A stretch of DNA of 64,000 bases from Candidatus Saccharimonadales bacterium (GCA_035480035.1 DATIID010000008.1:74401-138400); one strand, 5' to 3'; shown: positions 8,675 to 18,763, numbered from the stretch's first letter. Numbers and translations: made by a program. Notes: generated by a model not told the origin, from the letters alone.

Positions 8675-10912
8675 TTGATGACACTTAACACATCTCGTTC
8701 TTCCATTACCAGTCGGCTAACCTATTTACTTTTGTTTTGTTTTTTCACCTCGGGTTTCTGTGCATTGGTTTACCAATTAGTTTGGCTAAGATTAGCTTTT
8801 GCAGAGTTTGGTATTAATGTTCAGGTCGTCTCGGTTGTACTGTCGGTCTTTATGGCCGGGCTAGGTCTTGGTTCGATTAGCACTAGTCGAATTAAGAATT
8901 TTATTAATTCTAAGGTCTCGATTGACACATTACGGCTATATGCGATTGCCGAGCTGTTTATCGGTCTAGGCTCAATTATCGTTCCAAAACTTTTTATATT
9001 CGGCAACAGGTCGCTTCTTGCTATTGGTCAAACCAGTTCTTTTTGGTATCTGGTACTTACGGCCATCATGGTGTTCATATCGATTTTACCCTGGAGTTTT
9101 ACTATGGGTACGACCATACCCTTAATGATGTCAGTTTTCAAAGAGCGACGACTTTCAGATACCCGAAGTTTTAGCCTGTTATATACAGTCAACTCAGCCG
9201 GAGCGCTATTTGGCGTCGTTGTTAGCACATTTGTTCTTATTGAGCTGTTCGGCTTTCAAGCTACGTTGCTAATGGCTGGAATACTTAATGTACTGATCGC
9301 CCTGTTATGTTTTTATCTAGCTCGCCAACTACCTAAAAGTAAAACTCGACGCGCATTGATTAGCTCGAATAGCATGACGGCTAAATCCCACATAAACAAA
9401 TCTAACGAAAATCAGTTACCTCTTTATGTACTGTTTTTTACGGGATTTTGCTCGATTGGTCTCGAGGTAATTTGGACCCGACTGTTTACCGCCGTCTTAT
9501 TGACTACCGTGTATGCGTTCGCACTGATTTTAATTGTATATCTCTTGGCAACGGTAGCTGGAGTGCGCACTTATAGGCGTAAGAATAGACAAAAACCTCC
9601 AGTTTCTACAACCTTGTTAGTATGGTTGGTGGCCATCGTTTCAATATCACAAATCGAGATTAATGATCCGCGTCTTCACCTGGGTGCATTCGGTCTAGTC
9701 GTTACAATTTTTGTTTACGCATTTTTACTTGGCTACCTCACTCCAAAACAAGTTGATCAATATTCATTGGGTAATCCAAAAATTGCTGGCAGAGCTTACT
9801 CGATTAACGCCCTTGGTTGTATCATTGGCCCGTTGTTGGTTGGCTATTTGCTTTTACCCTGGCTTGGCGCTCGTACATCAATAATAATTTTAAGTGCGCC
9901 ATTCTTAGTAATCGGTAGTATATTGTTAGCCAAAAATAAGGTCAAATATTATTACAGGGTTGCCGCAGTGGGCTCATCCGTGGCACTTATTATGATAGGT
10001 CTGTTGATTAACGTGAGTTATGAGGAAGGTCCTCTCAACATACCGAAAATGATAAAAAGAGATTACAGCGCCACTGTCTTTGCTTATGGTAGCGGTCTGT
10101 CAAAACAACTCATGGTTAATGGTAATGCCATAACAAGCCTCTCGCCTATCACAAAAATAATGGCACATCTGCCGTTGGCTACTCACAGTACTAAAGTTAG
10201 TAATGTGCTGGTGATTTGTTTTGGCATGGGCACAACTTTTAGATCGTCACTAAGCTGGGGCGTCGACACAACGTCAGTTGAGTTAACGCCTAGTGTCCCA
10301 GAACTTTTCCCCTATTTTTTCGGTGATGCTAACAAAGTCATCAGCGATAAACATGGCAAAATTGTCATAGATGATGGTCGAAGATATTTACAGAGAGTGA
10401 ATAAGCAATATGACCTCATAACCATTGATCCGCCGCCGCCAAGTCCAACTGTCGGATCAAGTTTGTTGTACTCGAGGGAATTTTACAAAGTTGCGAAAAG
10501 TCGACTGGCCAGAAATGGCATCCTACAGCAATGGTATCCCGGAGTCGCGGGTGAGACTTTGCAGGCCGTAGCCCGCTCACTGGCCGATGAGTTTACTTAT
10601 GTCAAAGTTTACCGCAGTACAATCGAGCCATATGTATCCGAGAGAAAAGGTTATCATTTCTTGGCATCAATGGAGCCTTTGATTGATCAATCGCCAATCG
10701 AGCTTGCCAAAAAAATGCCAGCCAGCGCCCAAAAGGATCTCTTAGAATGGGAATCTCCTGGCATTAGCACCGAAAAGATGCTTAAAGATATCCTCAATAA
10801 CGAGGTCAACATAAACAGCTTACTTAACCCAGACAAAAGCATTGTTATTACTGACGATCATCCCTTTAATGAATATTTCTACCTGAGATACAGCCTTCGA
10901 AATAAATATTAA
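8675..10912 (+). CDS. Fused MFS-like transporter / spermidine-synthase-like protein
   Basis: 745 aa; N-terminal half has 11-12 TM helices; C-terminal soluble domain with DLITIDPPPPSP...LYSREFY resembles the spermidine-synthase fold motif (D-x-I-x-D, polyamine aminopropyltransferase). Confidence 0.5.
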   Translation: MMTLNTSRSSITSRLTYLLLFCFFTSGFCALVYQLVWLRLAFAEFGINVQVVSVVLSVFMAGLGLGSISTSRIKNFINSKVSIDTLRLYAIAELFIGLGSIIVPKLFIFGNRSLLAIGQTSSFWYLVLTAIMVFISILPWSFTMGTTIPLMMSVFKERRLSDTRSFSLLYTVNSAGALFGVVVSTFVLIELFGFQATLLMAGILNVLIALLCFYLARQLPKSKTRRALISSNSMTAKSHINKSNENQLPLYVLFFTGFCSIGLEVIWTRLFTAVLLTTVYAFALILIVYLLATVAGVRTYRRKNRQKPPVSTTLLVWLVAIVSISQIEINDPRLHLGAFGLVVTIFVYAFLLGYLTPKQVDQYSLGNPKIAGRAYSINALGCIIGPLLVGYLLLPWLGARTSIIILSAPFLVIGSILLAKNKVKYYYRVAAVGSSVALIMIGLLINVSYEEGPLNIPKMIKRDYSATVFAYGSGLSKQLMVNGNAITSLSPITKIMAHLPLATHSTKVSNVLVICFGMGTTFRSSLSWGVDTTSVELTPSVPELFPYFFGDANKVISDKHGKIVIDDGRRYLQRVNKQYDLITIDPPPPSPTVGSSLLYSREFYKVAKSRLARNGILQQWYPGVAGETLQAVARSLADEFTYVKVYRSTIEPYVSERKGYHFLASMEPLIDQSPIELAKKMPASAQKDLLEWESPGISTEKMLKDILNNEVNINSLLNPDKSIVITDDHPFNEYFYLRYSLRNKY

Positions 10913-10944
10913 GTAAAACGTCTTTAGGCAATCGATCGCTTTAC

Positions 10945-11904
10945 TTAATTACTTAGTCTTCTAGTCTTCTTGTTGGTTATTGATGAAACGATATATAAGG
11001 GGCGGTTTTGGGTTTCAACGTAAATTCGAGAAATGTAACTGCCTAGTACACCGAGCATAATTAACTGGACACCGCCCAGGAAAAACATTGATACCATGAC
11101 AAATGCCCAACCCGGTACTTCTTTGGCTGGGTCAAATATTTTGAGCCCGACCACATAAACAATACCCATGACACTTAAAAGCGAGACTGAGTAACCCAGC
11201 TTGGAGATAAACCTCAGCGGAGCTACCGAAAAACCAGTAATACCATCGACAGCCAACCGCCACATTTTCTTTAATGAATAATTAGTCTTGCCGTTCGGCC
11301 GACTAGCCCGGCTGTAATAAACTGTGGTCTGATTAAAGCCAGCATAGCTAATTAGACCGCGAATAAACCGCTGGTGTTCGCTAAATTTCTTGATTTGATC
11401 CAAGACTTTTTTATCAATTAAACGAAAGTCACCGACATTCGAGGGTATCGGTGTGTCTGACATTTTATTAATTAAGTAATAGAATAAGCCAGCTGTTGAT
11501 CGCTTAAAGATGCTATCAACTTTACGTGGATTGCGCTTGGCGTAGACAATATCAAACCCCTCACTCCATTTGCTTATCAATTTTTGGCAAACGGCTGGCG
11601 GATCTTGCAAGTCGGCATCCATCGTGATTGTGGCGTCAGCCTCGGAATAATCCATGCCGGCAGTGATGGCAATCTGGTGACCAAAATTTCTTGATAAATT
11701 CAAAACCGTTACCGAACTGTCGGTTTGGCTTAACTTGATAAGTTTTTTGAGTGTATCATCGGTACTGCCATCATTCACAAAAATGATTCCAAAAACATAT
11801 TGCCGATTTAATGATTTGGTGACTTTTTTTAACTCACTATAAAGTTTTGGCAAGTTTAAAGATTCGTTATAAGTCGGCAAAACTATATTGACGGTTTTCT
11901 TCAT
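10945..11904 (-). CDS. GT2 glycosyltransferase, polyprenol-phosphate sugar synthase (Dpm1/GtrB-like) with C-terminal TM helices
   Basis: VLPTYNE, FVNDGSTDDT and DADLQDPP motifs (GT2 DxD) plus two C-terminal TM helices typical of GtrB/DPM synthases. Confidence 0.65.
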   Translation of the reverse strand: MKKTVNIVLPTYNESLNLPKLYSELKKVTKSLNRQYVFGIIFVNDGSTDDTLKKLIKLSQTDSSVTVLNLSRNFGHQIAITAGMDYSEADATITMDADLQDPPAVCQKLISKWSEGFDIVYAKRNPRKVDSIFKRSTAGLFYYLINKMSDTPIPSNVGDFRLIDKKVLDQIKKFSEHQRFIRGLISYAGFNQTTVYYSRASRPNGKTNYSLKKMWRLAVDGITGFSVAPLRFISKLGYSVSLLSVMGIVYVVGLKIFDPAKEVPGWAFVMVSMFFLGGVQLIMLGVLGSYISRIYVETQNRPLYIVSSITNKKTRRLSN

Positions 11905-11906
11905 TG

Positions 11907-12602
11907 TTATCTAGTATAGTAGCCAGTGCCGAAACGCCACAATACCCGAAGTGTTGTCAAACCGTAGACAAAGCTCGGCCAAAACTTAATCGAAGAGATG
12001 GTTGAATTGTAATAACAGTCGGTGTCAACTTCGGTGATTTGGTATTTATTGGCGATTGTCCAAGCGATTAGCTCGCTATCAAATACAAAATTGTCCGAAA
12101 AAGTTTCGTAGGGAATTTTCTTGAGTAGCTTAGCATTGTAAGCCCGTAATCCAGTGTGGTATTCGGACAGCCCGGCACCGTAAACTTGGTTTTGGCAAAA
12201 AGTCAGGAACCGGTTAGCGGCATATTTCCACAGTGGCATACCATTCAATCGAGCGGTTTTAAAACGTGAACCTAAAACTAAATCAGAACCGCTATGTATT
12301 TGTTCAATCATTTCTGGCAAACACTTGGTGTTGTACTGGTCATCGGGGTGCACCATGATAATGACATCTGATTTACTGGCCTTGATGGCATTAAACAGGC
12401 TTTTTTGGTTAGCGCCATACCCAAGATTACGCTCATGCACGATAGTCTTGATGCCCAGTTTCTGACTGATGACTTTAGTCTTGTCTTGGCTAGCGTCGTC
12501 GCACAACAACAATTCGTCATAAACTTTTGGCAAATTTAAGTAAGTCGCCTTAAGCGTGTTGGCGGCATTGTAAGCCGGAAATATTATCGTAGTCCGGCCC
12601 AT
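11907..12602 (-). CDS. GT2 family glycosyltransferase
   Basis: IIFPAYNAANTL and LCDDASQDKT motifs; 231 aa. Confidence 0.55.
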   Translation of the reverse strand: MGRTTIIFPAYNAANTLKATYLNLPKVYDELLLCDDASQDKTKVISQKLGIKTIVHERNLGYGANQKSLFNAIKASKSDVIIMVHPDDQYNTKCLPEMIEQIHSGSDLVLGSRFKTARLNGMPLWKYAANRFLTFCQNQVYGAGLSEYHTGLRAYNAKLLKKIPYETFSDNFVFDSELIAWTIANKYQITEVDTDCYYNSTISSIKFWPSFVYGLTTLRVLWRFGTGYYTR

Positions 12603-13810
12603 GAGTTGTTCAATATAAAAGTTAATAACAGATAGAAATTAAACATGCCAGAGCCGATTAATAAAAATTTCATTGGGGAACTTAACTTTTTTTGCCGTTC
12701 GCGGTATTTAATCATTAGTATCAACAATATCAGTGGCAGAAAATCGAGGGCATAGCGATAGCCAATTTGATAGTAGCCAATGCCATAATAACCAAAGATC
12801 ATGACCATACTGACAGCCACGGCAATTAGCAAGTTGCGGGTAGTGTGGTTAAAGTCACTTTTTCGAAGATTAAATAGCCAGAGTAGGTATGGAGAACTGA
12901 AAAATATACTCATTCCCCAGGGATTATTTTTAATAAACGGCATTCTTAGAACCTCTGAAACGTGGTCGCGGAAGACTGGCAGCGGACCAGCCAAAAAAGC
13001 ATAATAAATATTGGCTGGAAAATGAACGATACTGTAGACGCCATAACGACGGGTGGCTAATAATTGATCCCTCAGATATTGGTAGCGATAGCCCTGCTCA
13101 AAGATCGAGTGGAAGCGCGCATAGTTGTAAAGCGCCAATATAAGACCAGCAACCACGACCGGTGAAATTATTTGCAACCAGGCTTTTTGCCATTGTTTAC
13201 TGTCTTTATAAAGCGACTTGGATTCCAAAATAAAGAATAGGGCAATCGGGGCGGCGCTAATTCGGGTTAAGGCTAAACCGGCGCAAAATAAACCAATCAG
13301 CCACCAACGTTTTTGACCAACGTACTCATAAAGCGCTAACAGTAGCAGTAAAACAGTTATAGCTTGGGCAAAGAACCAACTCATCGATAGTGCTATGATG
13401 CCAATGTAGGCACTCCCCAGCAGAAAGCCAAATGCCCAAATCGCACTATCTTCACCGTCATATTTTAGTTTTCGCGCCAGTTTGAACAACATTACCAAGT
13501 TAATCATTGTGATGACCACCTGTAGATATGATTGATAGAAAAACAGATGGAATAAACTGAATAACGCAACAAACGGCATTAGGATTATGGCCGGCAATGG
13601 GCCTTGTGGCCAGTAATATTTGTTTTGATAAACCGACCAGTCGTCAGTTGAACCTGGACCTGCTTGAGTGACATTCAGGCGGTGATGTAACATAGCATCC
13701 GATAGATAACTAAACTGCTGATGGTTTGTGGTGGACATACAGAGCACAATCGCCACATAAAAGATAATAATGGCGGGCGCGAATTTAAGTATTTTTGTTA
13801 TGCCAATCAT
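12584..13810 (-). CDS. Polytopic membrane protein, putative GT-C glycosyltransferase
   Basis: 408 aa, about 10 TM helices; lies between GT2 and PMT-like genes. Confidence 0.35.
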   Translation of the reverse strand: MIGITKILKFAPAIIIFYVAIVLCMSTTNHQQFSYLSDAMLHHRLNVTQAGPGSTDDWSVYQNKYYWPQGPLPAIILMPFVALFSLFHLFFYQSYLQVVITMINLVMLFKLARKLKYDGEDSAIWAFGFLLGSAYIGIIALSMSWFFAQAITVLLLLLALYEYVGQKRWWLIGLFCAGLALTRISAAPIALFFILESKSLYKDSKQWQKAWLQIISPVVVAGLILALYNYARFHSIFEQGYRYQYLRDQLLATRRYGVYSIVHFPANIYYAFLAGPLPVFRDHVSEVLRMPFIKNNPWGMSIFFSSPYLLWLFNLRKSDFNHTTRNLLIAVAVSMVMIFGYYGIGYYQIGYRYALDFLPLILLILMIKYRERQKKLSSPMKFLLIGSGMFNFYLLLTFILNNSWAGLR

Positions 13811-13881
13811 TTACCCCTTGGTCCCTTGGATTATATCATGCCAAAGAGATTAAGCTTGACCTGTTAATAATCCTAATCTTG

Positions 13882-15543
13882 TTAGTGTTCCGGTATCTGA
13901 TAAATTAATATTGAACCAGCCACTGTATCAATCGGATAAACCCCCCTGATTTTGTAGTTAACCTTATTAAGACCACTGTAATTAGCAATCGAAGCCGATA
14001 CGGCCAGCCAGCCGCCACGTCTGGGAATTCGCCGATTCAGCCAATGTTTATCAAACGGCGCAATGCCAATATCGATAGTCTTAAAACCGTAGTAGGCCGG
14101 CTCAGCCATACCAAAATAGATAATTGGTAAGTTACTAATACAGTGTTTGTCGGTGTAAGCTTTTAATTGTTTCAGACCCTGGCCCCAGTCCAAGTTTGAA
14201 TCTGCCAAATAACGGTAGCTGTTTTTCCGACCGCCAAACAGCTCGTTGGAATAAGCTAAGTAATTAGGATAAGCACTGGCAAGCGTAAAAACGTAATAGG
14301 CCGCTCCCAGAGCAAGCCACGAGTAACCGTGTTTATAATTTTTGATTAATAAATAGCCGGCTCGTCCCAGCAAAATAAACAAAAAAGGATAAATTACAAA
14401 AATTAAACGCAGTCCAACCGCAAACTGTGTCTCCATTACCAGTACAAGGGTAACGACTATTGGTAAGACCAAAAACATCATGGTGTTGGACAGTCGATAG
14501 TATTTATTTTTCTTTACATAAATTAAGCCGCAAACTGTAACCAGTAGAACAACCAGTGTACTTTTGATAATAAAACTGCCCGGGAAAAACCAGACTTGGC
14601 CACTATTAGAATAATAACCCCCCAGATACATTGGTTTGTAAGCACCGTAACGACGCAGCCCTTGGTAGAGAGATTCGGTAAAACTACCGGGTAATAAATT
14701 GGCATGCTGCCAAACTTTACTGCCTTGGATAACCAGATAAGTCAGCCAGACGGTAATAAATGCCGACAAGTAGACTAAGCCCAGATGATTAAAATAAAAT
14801 CTTAACCGTTCACGCTGGGTTTGTTTAAACTTAAGCGCCGCCGGTATAAGCAGAATTAAAAGCATCACAACGGCTGAAACGGCACTGATTTTAGTGGCCA
14901 GTGCTAGTCCTAAAAATAAACCGGCTAGTTTGTATTTCCAGCTGGCATGTTTTTGATAGGCTAACCACAGACAATAGGCCATTGCGGCTACAAACGCCGC
15001 CATTGGCAGGTCAAAGGTCACCAAATGGCTGAAGGCGATCATGCTAGGGTCTAGGCTGTAAAAAGCTAAGGCCAGTAGGCCAACGGTTGCACCAAACATT
15101 GATTGAGCCCAGAAGAAGATAACTAAGCCTAGTGACATTGCTAGTATGAGTACGGGCAAACGGCCCCAAAATACTATTTTGTCGGCGTCATTGCCGGGCG
15201 TGAAATAGAGTAAATGACGGCCAAAGTCGTATTCTTGATCATTTTTAAAGCTTGGCCAATTAGTATCAAGCTTCGGGTGAGCGACAAATTGTGCACTTAA
15301 ACCGCTTAGGTATTTGATAAGTACGGGGTGCTCGGAGTTGATTCGAAAGTCATCAGTCTGGACATAACTAATGCCGGCTGGAATATGTGAAACCTCATCG
15401 GCAGTGGCCGATTCATGCGAAGATTCAATCAGGCTAAGACTGGCAAAGATCCCAAGCAGTAAAACAACCAGAGATGGAATTATCCAGCGCCTAAGTTTGT
15501 TACCAAACTTATTGGTAAATTTTGATATTTTTTTATTGGGCAT
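13882..15543 (-). CDS. GT39/PMT-family (ArnT-like) membrane glycosyltransferase
   Basis: 553 aa; N-terminal TM followed by DE-containing first loop (ATADEVSH), 10+ TM helices and a C-terminal soluble domain, as in protein O-mannosyltransferase / ArnT-type GT-C enzymes. Confidence 0.5.
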   Translation of the reverse strand: MPNKKISKFTNKFGNKLRRWIIPSLVVLLLGIFASLSLIESSHESATADEVSHIPAGISYVQTDDFRINSEHPVLIKYLSGLSAQFVAHPKLDTNWPSFKNDQEYDFGRHLLYFTPGNDADKIVFWGRLPVLILAMSLGLVIFFWAQSMFGATVGLLALAFYSLDPSMIAFSHLVTFDLPMAAFVAAMAYCLWLAYQKHASWKYKLAGLFLGLALATKISAVSAVVMLLILLIPAALKFKQTQRERLRFYFNHLGLVYLSAFITVWLTYLVIQGSKVWQHANLLPGSFTESLYQGLRRYGAYKPMYLGGYYSNSGQVWFFPGSFIIKSTLVVLLVTVCGLIYVKKNKYYRLSNTMMFLVLPIVVTLVLVMETQFAVGLRLIFVIYPFLFILLGRAGYLLIKNYKHGYSWLALGAAYYVFTLASAYPNYLAYSNELFGGRKNSYRYLADSNLDWGQGLKQLKAYTDKHCISNLPIIYFGMAEPAYYGFKTIDIGIAPFDKHWLNRRIPRRGGWLAVSASIANYSGLNKVNYKIRGVYPIDTVAGSILIYQIPEH

Positions 15544-15561
15544 AGGTTAGTCTCGCCAACT

Positions 15562-15651
<90 letters not shown>

Positions 15652-15686
15652 TAACAGGGGTAATTATAGCAATGGTTAGGTGTTAT

Positions 15687-16364
15687 TCAAAATTGGCTTT
15701 TCTGAGCGAATACTAATGCATTGACTGATTTGGCACCTGCTTGGCGCAAAACACGGGCAACTGATTCCAGCGTGCCGCCAGTGGTGACAATATCATCAAT
15801 TAAAATAATTGACTGGCCTTGAACATGCTTGGGGTGTTTAACATAAAAAGCCAATCCCAGTTGTTTTAAGCGCTCCTCTCTGTGAGCACCAACTTGTCGC
15901 GATTGGCCCAGACGCCCAACCAGTGACTCATAACTATAGCCAGTTTGACTAGAAATAGCTTTGGCTAGTAGTTTGGTGTGATCATAACCACGCATCCGTA
16001 AGCGTGACGTAGCCGTTGGTACCGGCACTAATAGTGGTGGTTTTTCAAATAACGGCAAAGTTGTGCTCATATAACTCGAGATTGCTCGATTAGCCGATTG
16101 GCCACGCTCAAACTTATAGAAATGCAGTAATTCTTTGGCTAGATCGCTGTACTCTGTTGCAACCCAAACGTGGTTAAGGCGACTTTTGGACCGACAGCGT
16201 TTACAAACTTGAAAATTTTCAGTAACCGCCTTGCAAATATAGCAACGCGACGGTAACGGCAGCACTAAACTGGCACAATTAGAACAGATCAAACTGCCTT
16301 CTTGGCCGCAAGACAAGCAGTTGAATGGGGCGATGACGCTTATAAGTCGCTCTAATACAAACAT
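15687..16364 (-). CDS. comFC: ComF-family protein (ComFC-like phosphoribosyltransferase, competence-associated)
   Basis: N-terminal 4-Cys zinc finger (CLSCG...CSNC...CYIC...CKRC) and C-terminal PRTase motif IILIDDIVTTGGT. Confidence 0.7.
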   Translation of the reverse strand: MFVLERLISVIAPFNCLSCGQEGSLICSNCASLVLPLPSRCYICKAVTENFQVCKRCRSKSRLNHVWVATEYSDLAKELLHFYKFERGQSANRAISSYMSTTLPLFEKPPLLVPVPTATSRLRMRGYDHTKLLAKAISSQTGYSYESLVGRLGQSRQVGAHREERLKQLGLAFYVKHPKHVQGQSIILIDDIVTTGGTLESVARVLRQAGAKSVNALVFAQKSQF

Positions 16365-16570
16365 GTTGTAATACTTATGTTGTAAATATCCACAGGCACG
16401 GTTGCACCTGTTGAATATACTAAGCTATACTGATAGGTAACAAAAATTGCAAGTCAAAAATGATCTAATCATAAGAGGGAAAGCCGTCATATTTATCATC
16501 TGAGTAGGTCGGCTAATTGGGGAACCGCTGTGGCGGACTACTCATATTAATAAAGTGGAGGGTAACAACG

Positions 16571-17044
16571 ATGGCACGCAAAAACCACGATGAGGACCTA
16601 TTAATGGAAGACGAATTAACTGCCGCCTTTTTAGGCGATGATAATGATGTGCCCGCCGCTGGCGATGATAGTGATGTGCCCGCCGAACCGTCGGATGAGT
16701 GGGACGAGGAAGAAGCTGTACCAGGCCAGTTAGCTGTTGATGTTTATGAAACCAAAGAAAAATTGGTGGTCAAGGCACGTACAGCTGGGGTTAACAAGAG
16801 TGAGCTAGATGTCAGTATTGCTGACAATACTCTAAGTATTCGCGGTACACTTTCAGCCGGTAACGAAGAAGATGTTGAGAATTATTTCGTTCAAGAGTGT
16901 TACTGGGGTGAATTTTCACGCAGTATTGCCTTACCGGTACCAGTTAAAGAAGACGAGATTGAAGCTGTCTTAAAAGATGGTGTCTTAACAATTAGTTTCG
17001 CTAAAGTTAAGCAAGACAGCGTTAAGAAGATACAAGTTCTCTAA
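16571..17044 (+). CDS. Hsp20/alpha-crystallin family small heat-shock protein
   Basis: Alpha-crystallin domain (AVDVYETKEKLVVKA...GVLTISFAK); start placed at the internal ATG (16571) preceded by GGAGGG RBS rather than the track start 16517. Confidence 0.75.
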   Translation: MARKNHDEDLLMEDELTAAFLGDDNDVPAAGDDSDVPAEPSDEWDEEEAVPGQLAVDVYETKEKLVVKARTAGVNKSELDVSIADNTLSIRGTLSAGNEEDVENYFVQECYWGEFSRSIALPVPVKEDEIEAVLKDGVLTISFAKVKQDSVKKIQVL

Positions 17045-17057
17045 GGACTATTAATAA

Positions 17058-17090
17058 ATAGCCAGCCTCTACAAGCTGGCTATTTTTATT
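17058..17090 (+). terminator. Rho-independent terminator after the hsp20 gene
   Basis: ATAGCCAGC-loop-GCTGGCTAT hairpin followed by TTTTTATTT. Confidence 0.55.
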
Positions 17091-17110
17091 TACATATGCT
17101 TGGAAAATAA

Positions 17111-17137
17111 AAACGCGCCGTGATTTTCGCGGCGCGC
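17111..17137 (-). terminator. Rho-independent terminator ending the minus-strand pilin operon
   Basis: GCGCCG-tgattttc-CGGCGC hairpin; on the minus strand it is followed by a GTTTTTATTTT run. Confidence 0.45.
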
Positions 17138-17160
17138 TATCTTTAGGCAGTTAAGATATT

Positions 17161-17577
17161 TTAGCCACCTGCAGTTTGTGTCTTGTTTAGGACGAACTTG
17201 ACGATTAGCTGAGCTAATGCCACGATGACCAAACCGACAATCGCGTACAGAATGGTATTCTTTGCACCCGAAACGGCACCAGCGTCACCGTTAGATGTAA
17301 CGTACTTAAGACCACCGATGATGATCATGACTACACAAACTAGACCAACAACTACTGAAAAGATGTTGATGGCGATTGTAACAATGTTTTGCACAACTGT
17401 TACAGCGTTGTTTGCTGAAGTACAGCTAGTTGCCGCCAGGTCAGCGTTAGCACCACAAGACAAGTGGTTAGACCCAGTTAGCACTGCAGCTCCGGCAGTA
17501 GCAGGCGCAGCCAGCGGTGTTAAGAACAAAGCCGACATTGTGCCTATCATTAATAATTTTCTAATTGCTTTTATCAT
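17161..17577 (-). CDS. VirB2/TrbC-like T4SS pilin family protein, paralog 1
   Basis: Signal peptide; variable Cys-containing segment; two hydrophobic helices separated by the short polar loop KYVTSNGDAGAVSGAKNT; conserved C-terminal ILYAIVGLVIVA helix. Topology is that of VirB2-type pilins. Confidence 0.55.
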   Translation of the reverse strand: MIKAIRKLLMIGTMSALFLTPLAAPATAGAAVLTGSNHLSCGANADLAATSCTSANNAVTVVQNIVTIAINIFSVVVGLVCVVMIIIGGLKYVTSNGDAGAVSGAKNTILYAIVGLVIVALAQLIVKFVLNKTQTAGG

Positions 17578-17657
17578 TTTATAGACCTTTCTTATTCTAT
17601 TGTATCTACTTATACCATAACCATTTTAGATATAGCAATAGTGTTTTTCAATACTAA

Positions 17658-18032
17658 TTATCTTATCTTGTTTAAAACGTATTTTACAATGCCTTGCGCC
17701 AAGGCCGCAACAATGATTCCAACTATGGCATAGATCAGGGTGTTTTTAGCACTCGCCACGGCATTTGGGTCGCCATTGGAAGTAATGTATTTGAAACCAG
17801 ATATGATTACCATAACGACGGCGACAAAGCCGATTACGACGGCGAAAAGCTGAACCGATTTGGCCGCAGCGCTTGGAATATTAGTACTACCGGCCGGAGC
17901 TGTACAACCAGTACCCAAACCCGCGCCATTACAAACTGCCTGTTGAGCGGCCGAAGCAGCCATAGCAACAACTGGTGTCAGTAATATGGTCGCGGTGATG
18001 AAAGCTATTACTAAGTTAATAAATTTTCGCAA
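17658..18032 (-). CDS. VirB2/TrbC-like pilin family protein, paralog 2
   Basis: Same architecture; loop KYITSNGDPNAVASAKNT; 2 Cys in the variable region. Confidence 0.55.
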   Translation of the reverse strand: MRKFINLVIAFITATILLTPVVAMAASAAQQAVCNGAGLGTGCTAPAGSTNIPSAAAKSVQLFAVVIGFVAVVMVIISGFKYITSNGDPNAVASAKNTLIYAIVGIIVAALAQGIVKYVLNKIR

Positions 18033-18047
18033 AATATTTCTCCTTTT

Positions 18048-18473
18048 TCATAGTATATGATTTAAAGCAAAGGCAATTGTAGCTTGAGCTGAAACTGCCA
18101 CGATTAATCCAACTACGGCGTAGAGTAAGGTGTTTCTGGCAGTAGCAACTCGTTGGGCATCGCCTCTGGAATTCATAAATTGAAAACCAGAGTACAAGAT
18201 AACTGCCACTGATGCTAGACCAATTATCCAACTGAGTATTAATGACGCCTTGATTATAACGCCGTTATTGCCAGCAAACGGGTTGGCTGAATATGACTTG
18301 CAAGCAACCGAAGCAGTCGCCGAGCCTTGGCACACAGGCAGGGTTTTCGCGGTAGCACCTCCAGATGTCGGGCGGTTAAACGGATTGAAGGCCAGGGCTT
18401 GGCTAGACTGTAACAATACAAAGCTAGTGGCTAGTAGCAAGATTAAGGCAAGGCTTGTTTTAAAGTATTTCAT
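18048..18473 (-). CDS. VirB2/TrbC-like pilin family protein, paralog 3
   Basis: Same architecture; loop FMNSRGDAQRVATARNT; 2 Cys. Confidence 0.55.
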   Translation of the reverse strand: MKYFKTSLALILLLATSFVLLQSSQALAFNPFNRPTSGGATAKTLPVCQGSATASVACKSYSANPFAGNNGVIIKASLILSWIIGLASVAVILYSGFQFMNSRGDAQRVATARNTLLYAVVGLIVAVSAQATIAFALNHIL

Positions 18474-18763
18474 GACGTTACCTTAGGAATGACAAACGCT
18501 ACGATTGAATAGGCCATAATAGCCACTACTAAACCAACGATGGCATAAAGAATCGTATCTTTGGCTCTGGCGGTTGCTTGTGGATCGCCTCGCGACATGA
18601 CGTATTTAAAACCACCCAACGCGATAATAAATACGGCGATGGCGCCTAAAGTCGCCAATATGGCGGTGACAACATTGTGAATGGTAGCTGAACTGGGAGT
18701 AGCACTCGGCAAGCTTTTGGGACGGTTTATATATACGGCTACCAGATAGATTAGAGCGTTCAT
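18470..18763 (-). CDS. VirB2/TrbC-like pilin family protein, paralog 4 (short, no Cys-containing variable region)
   Basis: 97 aa; helix-loop(KYVMSRGDPQATARAKDT)-helix core only; overlaps paralog 3 by 4 nt and paralog 5 by 1 nt (translational coupling). Confidence 0.5.
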   Translation of the reverse strand: MNALIYLVAVYINRPKSLPSATPSSATIHNVVTAILATLGAIAVFIIALGGFKYVMSRGDPQATARAKDTILYAIVGLVVAIMAYSIVAFVIPKVTS

